This document shows, piece by piece, positions 30,401-44,000 of a stretch of 64,000 bases of DNA. Source of the DNA: Chrysomallon squamiferum. Lineage: Eukaryota > Animalia > Mollusca. The translations under genes were made by a program, and so were the position numbers. The notes under the pieces are model-generated. The model saw only the letters and a program-made list of their open reading frames with translations, did not search any database and was not told where the DNA came from. The stretch lies in contig CM022671.1 of assembly GCA_012295275.1 (NCBI GenBank), positions 11,036,001-11,100,000 of the forward strand, read 5' to 3'. How positions within the stretch are numbered: position 1 is the stretch's first letter; each line of letters begins with the position of its first letter.

Positions 30401-33400
30401 AATCATAAAGTAATGTTTCACTTCATCATTCACACATTCTCACCAATTTCATTAATAAACAAAAACAGAGCTGAGGTTCAGTGACCTTTATTATCCAAAA
30501 CCAAATCTAAATATAATACTTTATTAAATTTAAACAACATTTATTAACATAGAAATGTTAACAGTAAGAAAAAGGTTATAAAGATTACTGACCTGTCCAT
30601 GATAAAATCCCTGCACTGGAACTGAGAGAGATAGTCAGTCTGACAGCGTACAACAAAACCCTGCAGTTCTCTCATGTACAGAGAACATGGGGCATCTGTC
30701 TGGTCATCAGCTGGGGCAGGCCTGCACATGAACATTTAACATTTTAAAACAGAACAAACAGTCCTCAATAACACTTAGCCAGACCTTTTATCAGCCTCAA
30801 ACAAATATTACTCGATCAGCTATACAAATCAGTATTTTCAATAGGTGATATAGCTTTACAAATCAGTATTTTCAATAGCTATACAAATCAGTATTTTCAA
30901 TAGGTGATATAGCTTTACAAATCAGTATTTTCAATAGCTATACAAATCAGTATTTTCAATAGGTGATATAGCTTTACAAATCAGCATTTTCAGTAGGTAA
31001 TCATAACCTGACTACTGTATGTGCATACATGTTTATTCATACTCTCACACATGCATCAAATAAACAGACAGCCAATAGCTTTATAATTAAAAGTAATTAT
31101 TGAGCATGTTATGTATAAATTAAATGACAAAATAACTGATGTGTTTGTGTGTGTGTCAATATATATGTAGACTGGGATGTACTGATATTTGTTTTTACCC
31201 AGAGAAATCTTCTTGGTGAATTGTTAAAATGATGGCTTCCAGGGCATCAGAGATAGATGACAACAAAGGATTGATAGCCGAACCCATCAACAGTACAATA
31301 CTCTGTAAGAGGAAGAAAAATAAACAAGTATGAATTAAGTTTTATTGAAATACAGTGAAATTTGACATTTAAATAAATGATCTGCATGGAGGTAATGCAA
31401 AAAAACAGGTTGTAACCCAAAATACATATTTAAAGAAAATACAGAAAGTGTGACCTGAATTAGTAATTCAAAAAATGAAAATCTAGAATTAACTGAAATA
31501 TACACAACTTTCTCAAAATTAAATAATTAAAATTGACCTTTCATTAACAATATCTTTCATTATCTTTGTATTTTATAGTACTGGGAAATCTGAAGAACAA
31601 AAGCTATATTCTTTATCTTCTTTATCATTCAACAACAATACTCTACCTCCAGTGATGCCTCTATGCAGTCCTGGGCTTCTTGAGGAAAATGACCAATATT
31701 TGACAAAACCTGAAAACAGTTTATTAATATACAGTAGCCATAAGGTACATTCAATTATCTTAAAATATTAAAGATGCTTGTTTTTGCAGAGATGAAATAA
31801 TTCTAAAATTGAACAATTTAACTGTAATTTCAAATATCACATAATTTTTATGGAAATAACTGTATATTTATATGGTTATTAAAATTTTTACTTAATTTGT
31901 TTGATTAATAATTATGTTTGATGCAAAAATGTTTATTTTTTTCTGATAAACAGCTGTGATTCCAGTCAATGTTTAACAATAAACTACAATGTTCACTTTC
32001 CAGTAGAGTCTCTACACAAGCACTCTGTCATCCTGGTTTTAATGTACTTGCAGTGATAATATAGATTTACCTTTGAGACAGACACGTGTAGGTGATACAG
32101 TGTGTTAACTACCGCAGCGTTCCTAGACTGGCCTGGTGTCGGGGGTCCTATCACCTGGCTGGCTTCCCCATCCGTAGACAGCTTATTTTAAAAAAAATAA
32201 TATCATTGATACATAATTTCTAAGTAAACCAACATAAAATATCATTATTATATATATTTTTTAAAGTATTTTAACTTATCTCTAACAATTTATATTTTAT
32301 ATGTTAGTGTTACTGATTTCATAAACCAAATATTTAATTTTTAATCTATATATCTATAAAAGCTATTTTATTTTATTTGTGTTTGTTAAAATTACTTAAT
32401 AATCTGTGATTTGAAAAATAAGTAAATTTGTATTTCATCGCAGCAAAGAGAAAAGAGAAGAGAGAATGTCAACAAGTAAAGGACAGTAAAGACACAAACC
32501 AGCTGTTCACTTTTCACACAGAATAGTTTGATTGTTTTGGCTACATTCTTTGCCACTGTGATGCTCAATTTACTGTCAACATTTGCCACATTCAGCTCAC
32601 TGAAAACAATAATAAAAACATATCTCTTAAATTTGCTAATAATAAAATTTTAATTATATTTGACAGACATTAATGAAATGGGAAATCTAAACTTGTCTGG
32701 TACCAACTGGAACATACTACCCACCAACCACAATAAAATAATCCAATGAAAATAGCTACCAGTTCATTCTGGGTTTTTTGGGTGGTTACTTTTTTCTTCT
32801 TTTTTTTTTATATCAAATATCAGATATTGTGAATCAGACAGTTATTTATTGCCTGTCTTGTATAAATAAAAGATGTAGGATACTTTTTTTCATCTTTGTG
32901 AAGGTAAAAATACTTTCAAAATGGCATTATTACCAACAATAATATTAATATTTTCCTCTGAAAGCAAAATAAATTAAAAATGAATGTCTCTCACCTTGAA
33001 ATTGTCTTCACTATGTTTTCTACTTCTTCTGCTGTTGGTGGGTTTGATGTTCCGCTTGCAAACACGAGGTTGATGGGATCGAAGAGGCGCGACAGTGACC
33101 GAGACAGGTAGGCATTCTCAAAACTACACAGAGTCTCGCGCAGAGCTGCCTCCGAACTGAAATTTCAAACTCAATGCTCTGAATGTGAGTACATATAAAT
33201 CAGTTTTAAATCTACTACCTTTGGAATGAATGATGACATGATTATGGAGTGAAGGATCTGGTATGAGCAATTATTAATTTCATACATATATCGATAATAT
33301 AGTCATTTTCTAAAGCATGCACATCTATATCTATTTCTATATTTATATCTTTATCTATATTTAGATCTGCATCTACATCTATTTCTATATCTATGTCTAC

Positions 33401-36400
33401 ATCTATCTGTCTATCCATCTATCCATCTACATATAATTACATATATTTGTATGAAGGTAAATGAAACAGAAAAAGTATGAAAATAATGCTGTCATTATAT
33501 TATTGGAAGAAGGATTCCTGTCAACTTAATGCTATAAATAAATTCCCTAAATTATTTAAACACATACTACTCACTCATATTGTTTATTTGTTGCTATGGA
33601 CTGTTCAAAAATGTTTTCTTTCTTCACCTCGTCGCCTGCTGTGATGTCGGAACTGACTGCAACAACAGCCATGTTGACACTGAACTGATGTAAACGTTTC
33701 CACAGATCATTGTACAAACGTAACAACTTGGGGTATTCTCCTTCAAATGCTTGTTTCAGGAATGTGGAGGCTGATAATGGAAAAATACACTAAAGTTATT
33801 TATCAGATGTGATTAAAGAAGGGGTAAAAAAAATGCTAAAGAATTAAAAGGTAGAAAAAATAAATAAATAAAAGAAGAAGAAGAAAACTGTAGAGAAAAA
33901 AGAAAACAAAAATATATTGTAGTAATCTTTTTCTTAATACATATACAAAATACCACTGAAAGTCTGTTTTAACTAATATATTATTACAGTATCTGTATGA
34001 TTTGGAACAAAACCTGATAAACAGATCTAAAGACTCATTTACAACATGTTCGTATATTTTATATTAAAAGATTTAAATCAGTAGTTTCTTCTTATGTTAA
34101 TGATTAAAGTCCATCTTACAGTGTTGAGTGTATTTTCTAACAACTAAGATAGGAAATTCAACTTTAAGTGAAACAGAATTAAATGAGCTATACTGCATTT
34201 GCTGTCTAACAACTCACTCTCAGCAGCTTCTCTGAACTCATTAGTCAACATGTCTGTCACACTGATCCAAAAGTCCTGCATGATATTCACATCTTCATTG
34301 CGATGCTGAAATAAACAACAACAAAATTTAGTCAAAACTCAAATAAAATGTAATTCAAACAAGCAAACAAAAAACAAAACTTTTTCAAACAGTTTTTCTC
34401 TGCACAGACTTTCTTTTTATTTGCTCTTTTTTGATGTTGAACTGTTTTTTGAAGCTCAAATTAACATATACAGCACAATATGTTTTTGTCCAAAAACATT
34501 ATTATTGGCTAAATTGTCAGATTATTTTAAATTATTTTTATGTACATTACTTTTGTTACTGAAATATATTAACATCTTTTGCTATACATTTTTGTCATCA
34601 ACAAAGGGAAAACAAATTGTAAAATTATAAATTTAATGTAATAAAGTTAAACATAATCAGATACGCATTTTCATCTGGACTGAAATTAGCATGTATCAAT
34701 TTAATAAGTCAGTATTTCTGTATCAAGATCAATGGTAAAATATCTACACAAAAAAGCAACAACTAACTAAAATATACTATTTGTCAGTTATACTTTGGTT
34801 TGTATTTATTTAATTACCTTGGCTATTTCTTCAATGAAGCAAATGTGTGTAGCTGGATCTCTTTTCTTCATCAGTACGTGTTGTAAATGTTGTATCTGCA
34901 GAATCAGTTTCACATTTTAAATCTGCATTTACTTCACAACACAAATATAATCATAGTCAAAACTTTAAAGCCATTTAATTACATCTCTTGGGAAAATGCA
35001 TATTTTGTGTTTATTAGTAATATATAACATCTTTTGATTTGATTTAAAAGTAAATTACCTCAGTATTAAATTTATTAAAACAAGCCTGGTAGACATTTGA
35101 AACAATCACAGCATTCTTATCAGTCCACCACCCTTTCCAATAAACTTTGAAAACAAATGCAAAATAATGTTTTCTATCATAACAAATCAAATTGTTGTTT
35201 AATTAACATTACATAAAAGGAATAACTTATTCTGAGGCTGTAATTAAAAAAGAAACAAAAAAGTAAAAACATAAATAAAAATTCTGTGTTTAACAAGAAC
35301 TGCTCACCTGAGTACAAGATGCATGTATGCTGTCCATCATTTTCTCCATGTTAGTCCACAACATGGCTCGGAACGCAGCTGTGTTACCTGGAGCTGGCAT
35401 AGCTGCTTTACCTGGTCCACCTGTAATTAGACAAATATAAAAATGAAACTAAAGTTACTAATAATAGTAATATTAAATAATTTTAAATCTCTTTCTTCTT
35501 CTTTTATTCCCCTGCCCGCTTATTCTTTTTTTTATCAGTAATTAGTTTGGAATAGCAAATAATAATAATAATAATCGTGACACATTATCACATGCTATAT
35601 AACAAAGAAATGTCATTAACATCCACCTCAATAAAAGATAATTCCTAAGTGGTAATGAAAAAAACAAAAAGTAAAGAAATTAATTATAATAATTACAATA
35701 TTAGAAAGAACTCATTAGCATTATTTAAAAAAGCTATTTTGCACTAAAAACAGTTTTATTCAGCTATGAAAACAAAACTGAATAAAAAAATGTTTTTAAA
35801 AAATGGGTTAATGAGAAACAGGATTTTGTGTGAGAACAGAAGTGAAGACCTGCCTCTGGTGTTGGAATGGTGCTGAGTGAGAGCCTGCACACTGAGGCAG
35901 CCGCGGATGTTTTCATGTAGATTTTCTTTACAGTCGCTGACGACTCGCTCAACAACTTGATTCAGGTTACCCAGGTTGTGAAATACCTGCAGACTTGTTG
36001 CCACCTGAGTCTGATTCTGTGTAAGATGAAAATCACTATTTAAAACTTAGTTGTTTTTCTCTATTACAAAACCCACTACTATTGTCTATATTAATGGAAA
36101 GCAAAAAAATGGGAAATGACTACAACTGGAAATTTAATTATATATTACTAACAAATGAAATAGTCCACATTTTAAAACTTAAGTACAAATGCTATAATTA
36201 AGATATGTTTCATTTAACTTGATGTCAACTCATAATTCTTCTCATGTGATTTAAAAACAGGTAAACATTTTCACCTAGCTAACAATGACAACAATGATAA
36301 ATAATTTATCTTTAAATAAAATTCTGTTCAAATGACCTGAGTCTCCATGCCTTGTTCTAACATTTTCTGTGCCTGTGTCTCCACCTCTTTGCGAGCCTGT

Positions 36401-37115
36401 TTGATAAACCTCCGATCAGATTCAATCACCTCAATTCCACTGAGATCCACCCCCTCACACACGTAATCTAAACACAAAACAACTCTACTTTTTTAAAACA
36501 AAAACAAATAATACAGTCAACGAAAGAAAACAAATACATTATTTAATTTTAAATAATATCAAACAACTTAAAATACTGCACATCTGGTAATAATTTATGT
36601 TAATTCAATACTGTTCTGTAATATAATTTTCCTCTTTAATTTTAAATTACATGTTTTATTTACTGATAGTAAGACATGTTGGAACTTTCTCAGCTAAGAA
36701 ATATACTTTCTGTAGGATCTGTAACCATAACAACTGCACTGAAAATCTGTTAATGATATTCTGCAAGTATTTCTTTAATTTGTAATTATTTTAGAACTAT
36801 TTGTAAAATAATTAGAAATTTTTAAACAGTTTTCTCACAGTTAATCTGCAAAGCAAAGGACAGTTATTCAGAGATGAAACTTACCAAGTTCATTCAGACT
36901 CTGTGCTGCCTTGGTGATTTCTCTAGCCCCACCCTGGAGCTGACTGTGCAGTCTCTTTGTAAGATACATAACTCTAATAGTTCTACGCAGCAAATCACAA
37001 GTTGTCTGAAAACATCAAACATTTAGTATTAAGTAACAGAATTGAGATATATTTTCTTTAAATAATCACATAAAACCAAAAAAAAAATTAAATAATTAAT
37101 GAAAATTCAATATTC

Positions 37116-37147
<32 letters not shown>

Positions 37148-39755
37148 ACATTAATATGAAACCGATATTATAAATAATACTGTAAATAATACTGATTAAT
37201 CTTAAAAAAGTAAATAACGTATTTTTTTTTAAAGTGCATTGGTATCTTTTGTGTCTGCTCATTGGTTTCTCAATTAAAAAGAAATATAAAATTACCTGTA
37301 AATGTCTAAGCTGAACTGTCCTTGACTGAATTTTATTGTAGACATCTGTAACCTTTGTCCTTATTCTAATAATTTAAATATGTTCAGAAAAATTATTTCA
37401 GAAATATAACATGAGTGAAAGTAAGCTGTAAATTCTTTCTCATTACAAAAACATAATTTTTAGTAAACATACTTAGTGTTAATCTCAGGTATGCTAATAA
37501 ATAGGTAGAAAGTTTATCTGGTTTACCAAATGATTTATTAATCCTGAAATATAAATAACGGAGTATTCTTAATGTTGCGACCAACTTAGGTATGTTACAC
37601 AGCATACTAATAATTGTTTTTATTAACTCTGAATAAAACAAAACTGTAAAACATAAATACGTAATACATAGCATGCAAATGATATACTGAAGGGTTTCGC
37701 TAATGCTTATAAATAAAGTTTTATGCATGAGTATCTAATTAAAATTTAGAAGACATGATGCTCTGGTACAGGCCAGTTTGTAGGAGGACCCACCTGTCCA
37801 TTGCAGCTAAAAGTGATTGTATTCGAGTCTGCATCATCTGTAGAACACCTAGAAATTATTATGAATATATTTCTAAATATCATATTTCCTAACTGTAATT
37901 CTTTCGATATCAGTACATATGATATTTTTAACATAATAAAATGAAGATTATGTAACTATCTGGTGTTTAAGAAAAACCTAGCAAAATAAATCAAGAAAAT
38001 AACTGATAAGAGCTTTTATAAACAATTTTAAAACAATCTATAAGCAATCAAGGTGGAATATTTTTGTTTATAATAAATTAATGCTGACATAAGGAAATCT
38101 GAAAATGGCTTAATATTATAAAGATATGATCAAAATATAATTTTAAACCTCCACTGGTAACTAAAATTTAAGTCATTTTTTAAATTCAAAATCTACAATA
38201 ACCAAAATTTTCAGTCACCAGCTTCATAACTTTAGTTCCTAAATGTTTGTCTTTTAAATATGTTTGGCTTCTATTAAAATAATTAATATGAAAGATTATT
38301 TATTAAAAACAAGTTATAATACTCAGGACTGATTTTACCTTCTAGTGTTTCCACACTGGTTGCTTGAGATAACAGATCTTCATGATGTTCTACTATCTGT
38401 AAAGAATAAAACAAATCTAAACATAATACTTTTAACAACAAATGTAATACTTTCAATAATTATTCTGTAAAACATCATTTTTAAATTTTATCATAACAAT
38501 TAACATTTAAATATAAATGAAAGTTTCAAGTACTACTATATTATATAAACTAATTTTGTTTGTGTAATTTATTTAAAAAAATTATAAAATCAGTTACCAG
38601 AAATCTTAATAGGAACTACTGCTACATATCATGGTGAAAAATGAATTAGTTATAATACAAATACAGCGATTCTTTTTTTTCTTTCTTTTTTCAATTAATA
38701 TTTCTTTTACATCATTTTAAGTACACTTCTAAGAAATACACAATGCCTTAGTTACTTTTAGTTCATAACAGTTATATTTAAATTATTGTTTCTTGCAGTT
38801 CAAAGAAAAGAAGAAAAAACCTACTAAATGTAGTATAATGTACATTTCAGCACAATAAAATATATGTATATGTAGATTAAAAAACTGTGTCTCAGATATT
38901 TATTTTAGTAAAAATGTTTTACATAAGTAGTTAAATTTAACTTTTGGGGGGGGGTATTCTAAATTGTGTTATTTCTTTAAAAACTGACCTGGGAGTGTAT
39001 TTCTTTATCAAGCAGGGAAATCCCTTCTGCGAGTTTTCCTAGCTGTTCAGATATTGCAAGTCCTTGTATTGCTTTGTTGGCATAAGCCTTAACATCAAAA
39101 GATGATTCAAGAAACTGTCGAAATATATCTGAAAATTGTAAAAGAAATATACTTTATTACTACATTAAAATTCTGTTTCTGAACTTACTGATCACAGTAT
39201 TTAATTAATAGTATTAATAGTATAAAATATCATTAACAAGTATTTTGAATTATAAATAATTTAATTACAATAGAAATAAATAAATATAATAATAAAATAT
39301 ATATTTTACATGTGTGTGTGTGTTAGGGAAAATATGCTTTTGTGTGGAAATATATAGTAATGTGTGCAATAAATTTATTTCCTATGATTATTATTATTTT
39401 TTGAAACAAGGTACTTGCTAATGATGCAAAATAAGTAAAATATCACATCAAGCATAAATCAATAATGTATTCATGGGTTTTTGATGTGCAAAATATTCAA
39501 AACTATTAGCAATGTTAAAACCATTTCAGCTTAGAGCTGAAATTATTATTATTATTAATTTATATCAGTTAAATATTTAATTTATTCTCCTCTATTAATT
39601 AATTGAGAATAGGATAATGAATTATATTTTATACATTTTATATCAAGTGTCAGATAAATAATGAAGTAATGGGAAATAACTCTGCAATTAAAATGTTCAA
39701 TTCTTTTATTAGTTTTAATTAATGTAATTCATGAATTTATAATTTTCATTTTTTT

Positions 39756-39835
<80 letters not shown>

Positions 39836-40255
39836 GTTTTTAATTAATATATTTCTTTCTTTCGTAATCTGTGCCAACAAATGCCAAGCCTAAGTAATTT
39901 TTATAAACCATCTATGATCTAACTAGTAACTAGCGCGGAATACGAGTGGGACTCATTCCAGTTTTTCTATATATCGTGAGTAAATCGTATACAATATAAC
40001 AGTACAGTTATGCACTAACTCTGACTGAGGCAGTGAGTGTATACATGATTACAGATTTATTTGAAGTTTAATTCGACTTGCATAAAATATTTATTGTTAG
40101 GTGTAGTTACTGAATCAATGCAAATAATTGTTACTTCAACATGAATTAATTAAAACTGGTGGTAGATATCATTTAAAAATGTTCTTATCAAATAATTTTA
40201 AGTTAATGACAAACAAACCATCGTTTTCCAAAACAGCCAACACACCATCGTCCAT
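27487..40255 (-). CDS. COG5: Conserved oligomeric Golgi complex subunit 5, 808 aa, 22 coding exons
   Basis: Exons 40255-40219, 39128-38989, 38396-38339, 37848-37794, 37365-37296, 37005-36885, 36467-36337, 36016-35854, 35420-35308, 34895-34818, 34305-34218, 33770-33575, 33156-32995, 32599-32500, 32181-32071, 31709-31647, 31302-31199, 30721-30593, 28954-28769, 28504-28378, 27952-27873, 27601-27487 (2427 nt). Peptides recognised from COG5: [108 protein letters not shown]. Confidence 0.96.
29012..30280 (+). mobile_element. Decayed mariner-like (DDxD) DNA transposon in COG5 intron 18
   Basis: Imperfect TIRs: TAGGCTGGTCCACAAAAACTGGTGCAATTTTAA on the left and (rc) CAGAGTGGTCTACAAAAGTGGTGCAGTTTTAA on the right. 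Transposase fragments: HTH-like VQRQFQREL...[39 protein letters not shown] and [22 protein letters not shown], broken by stops and frameshifts. Confidence 0.92.
30818..30994. repeat. 59-bp higher-order tandem repeat (3 copies)
   Basis: Unit = AGCTATACAAATCAGTATTTTCAAT + AGGTGATAT + AGCTTTACAAATCAGTATTTTCAAT, i.e. two 25-bp subunits differing at one base plus a 9-bp spacer. Confidence 0.9.
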
Positions 40256-40320
40256 GATGAAAACGATTTATGTCGGAAATATCCGAACATTTGCTTTCGA
40301 TTTAAATCGGAAGTTAGGGT
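40256..40320. promoter_or_regulatory. Candidate core of the COG5/DUS4L bidirectional promoter
   Basis: Lies immediately upstream of the COG5 ATG and is locally CpG-rich. It contains ETS-like CGGAAAT (40274-40280) and CGGAAGT (40308-40314), the palindrome CGATTTAAATCG (40298-40309), and a + strand donor-like AGG|GTAAAT at 40319. Confidence 0.5.
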
Positions 40321-41043
40321 AAATATAGATATTTTGCCTACTTTTCAGAATATATATTTAAATATTTTATAATAAATGAAACATATTATTTCCTTCTTTT
40401 AAAAAAAAAAAATATATAAATATATTTTATCAGTATCATTTCATTATTTATGTTTTAGGTAAAGAGAAACCAAAGTCAAAGTGGAAAGGTTGAAAAGCAT
40501 CGTGCTTAGCATGGCATGCGTTTTGGGGAGGTACATTAATGATTAAAATAATTAATATCAAACAAACTCTGAACTAGGTTTTCTAAGTTACCGCATGCTC
40601 GTTTGTTTAATACCTTTGACATGTTTATTACAAATGTATTTTATTTAGATAATAATTTATAAACAAGTAAAGCATGTAGTTGACAGAAAAACAACGTGAA
40701 GATCCACAAGACAAATTACACAATCTTTAATTTTAGACATAAACGACGGGTTTTATCACACACACACACACACACACACACTAATAAAGAACGTGCGTTT
40801 CACGCTGTCTGTATTTGAAGCACCAACTTTGAGTCGGTTGTTATATATTTTTATTTAATAAGATAATTTAAAATGTATAAGAATATATATATTATTTTTT
40901 GAAGGTGTCTATAAATCATTAAATGGTTCAACCAACATTTTTTTTTCTGATATACAGTATTCAGCATTTACCATGAAACTTAAGATGACTGATCCAGTGG
41001 ATTTGAAACCTATTGTAAAATGAGGATTTTGTGTCCAGAAGAA

Positions 41044-44000
41044 ATGGATACAAACAGTTCCTCTAAGCGGACATGGAAGTCACCACTGGAACTGTTGACA
41101 GGACATATGACAGTGAAAATGTGTGCTCCAATGGTTCGATATTCAAAGTAAATACTTGTTATAATTAATATTTTAATTTTAATATCATTCTTTTTACTCT
41201 TATTAATTTAATATTATATTTTTAAAAAGTTTTTATTATGATATATATATATATATATATATAATTTCTGTTTGTTTAAAAATAAACTATTGAGCTGCTA
41301 TATTTTTTAAAAATAAACATAATAAATATATTTTGATTGCTAGCATTATTTGAATGTTTCAACTTTCAAGCTTGAAATTATTTTTGGTAAAGTGTTTTTT
41401 AAAATTATTATTTATTTTCTTTTTAGATTACCATTCCGACAGCTAGTACGGAAGTATGACTGTGATCTTGCATTCACCCCAATGATAATATCTGATTCAT
41501 TTTTACGATCAGTGAGAGCCAGAGACAGTGAATTTACTACTTGTGAAGGTATTTACATTTATTAATTTATTTATTTATTTTGCTTATTACAGTTAATTAA
41601 TTAATTAATTTATTTATTTATTTATTTATTTTCCTAAAGCACTATTTGTTTGAAAGTAGTTGTTGTTAACAAAGCTGCTAATAACATCATCACTGATTGG
41701 ATGATGCTGTATTCTTTGTCATGTTTAACTCATTAAATTTTCACTGTATTAATTATTATTAACTTTCTTATTTCAAGCCTTTAATAATTGTGACCACTAA
41801 TGCTTTCCAGATATTTTGTTTTAATTAAATTCTTGCTTGATTCCTGCTCCTAATCTTGTGACTGGTAAAATACTGCGAATCTTATTGATGGGTTTACATC
41901 CATGGCCTTGATTATGTTTGTTTTCATAGAGTTTGTAATCACAACTATAGATTCATACTGAACATCTGTCAGTGTTGACATGTCAAAACCAGACTGGCAT
42001 ACTTGTACCAAACAATATTTACATTACAAAAACTATTAAAAATGTATGACTGCTAAAAAAAAAAAAAATTCTAAATAATTTTCAGTCCAGAAAATCATGT
42101 ACCTCATTTGAATAATAATTCTCTTATTTGTAAATGGAAAAATTCTGTGAGAGATATTTTATATACATTTTATTTATTTATTTATTTTCTTTTTGTTTTT
42201 CTTTTCAGGAGACAGACCACTCATTGTACAGTTTGCTGCTAATAATCCGAGTGACCTGGCTAATGCTGCAGAAATCATTTATCCGTAACTTGTGTTTTAA
42301 AACTGTTTATTTTCAGTGCATCAGTACAATTTTTAACAATAAAAATAGTTTGTACTTTGTATTACACTGTTTATCTCTATAAGTCTTCTAGCAAAATTTC
42401 TTAAAATAATTACTGACCTTTCAAGAAAACTGTATATGTTAGATATAATAAATTAATAGAAATAGAAAAGTAATCTGTCATCAGTCATTATTTGAAAATA
42501 AGTTGAATTACATACATTTATTTTAGACAGTAGATTAGTGAAATTACTTTGTGTTCAGCAATTATGTAAGTGATAAGATAATTTGATTGTGAGTTATTGT
42601 TTTTATCGTGTTTTTTATTTTCAGTTTTGCTGATGGAATTGACCTGAACTGTGGCTGTCCTCAGAGGTACCGTTTGTTGGAAATAGTTTTTCATATATTT
42701 GTGGTGAGCTTTGGACTCGGTTTTAAATTGCCTTTAAAGCCACGCATGAAAAGATTACTCTCTTTTACAAGTATATTTTTCATGATTTCTGAGTGAAATT
42801 ATATTGGTGGTTTGTAACTATAACTAGTCTGACCCAAGAGATATTTGATCTCTAGTAATTATGAATTTGTCAATTTACAATAAATAAAGGCCTTTGTATA
42901 AAGTTGACAAGGATGACTGCATCTGATGTACATGTATTGTAAACATTTAATGAAGTTTCATGTACACATCTGACACCTTGCACATACTTGGTCAGGAATG
43001 GAGTGTTATGTTTGATGTTTGTATTCAGATGGGCTACCACTGAAGGGTATGGTGCCTGTATGATGAACAAACCTCAGTTACTCTGTGACATTATGCTTGA
43101 AACGAGGTCTCGGATTCCAAATCCAGATTTCACTGTGTCGGTGAAAATGAGAATACATGATGATATAAGGTTAGTTTATAAACTTGTGATATACATACAT
43201 ACATAGACAGACAGACAGACAGATCCTTTTTTCTACAAATATATAAAATGGTATTCACTGCAAAAAGTTAGAAAAAAATAATCAGTAAACCAAACAAAAG
43301 AACATCAGATTTAAATTTTGATATGTTAACTATGATTACACATTTATTTTAATATCCCTTATCACAGAAGCAATAACCATAGAAAATAATTTGTGTTTAT
43401 ATATATATAGTCATTTTTGTACTACTTTCATTTTAAATCTAATTTTTTTTTTTCTTCTCCAGGAAGACAGTTGATTTGTGTCAGAAGTTGGAAAAAACTG
43501 GGGTCTCATGGATTACTGTACACGGCCGCACTAAGGAGCAACGAAACCAGCCAGCTAACATGGAGGTCATTCGACTGATAAAAGAAAATATCAACATTCC
43601 TGTTGTAGCTAATGGTGATATCAAAAGCTTGGATGATGTGACAAGGGTTGCCAAGGAAACAGGAGTAAATGGTATTCTGAAAACTTTTTAAAGATTTGCA
43701 ATCATACCATTTGGAAATAAATGTGTTTTCGTTTTTTTTTAAAATTTTTATAATATGCTAATTCACTCTAATATAAAATATATCAGTAAATTTGCAAACA
43801 AATAAAATATTGTTAGAGATAAAAAATAATAATAAATGAGCAAATGCCTCTATTACTCATGGATATATTAATCTTATATTTTCTGTTTTGTTTTACCTAT
43901 TTATTTGTTTGCTTCTTTATTATTCATATTAACTTTATCAAATACATTTTATATTTTAAGGAACTGTTATTATTTTTATCAGTTTTTTTCTTTGTTTTGT

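Noticed and set aside
27487-40255. Nested antisense GPCR gene (human GPR22 lies within a COG5 intron)
   Set aside because: All COG5 introns here are under ~1.7 kb and none holds a GPCR ORF. The largest contains a mariner-like remnant.
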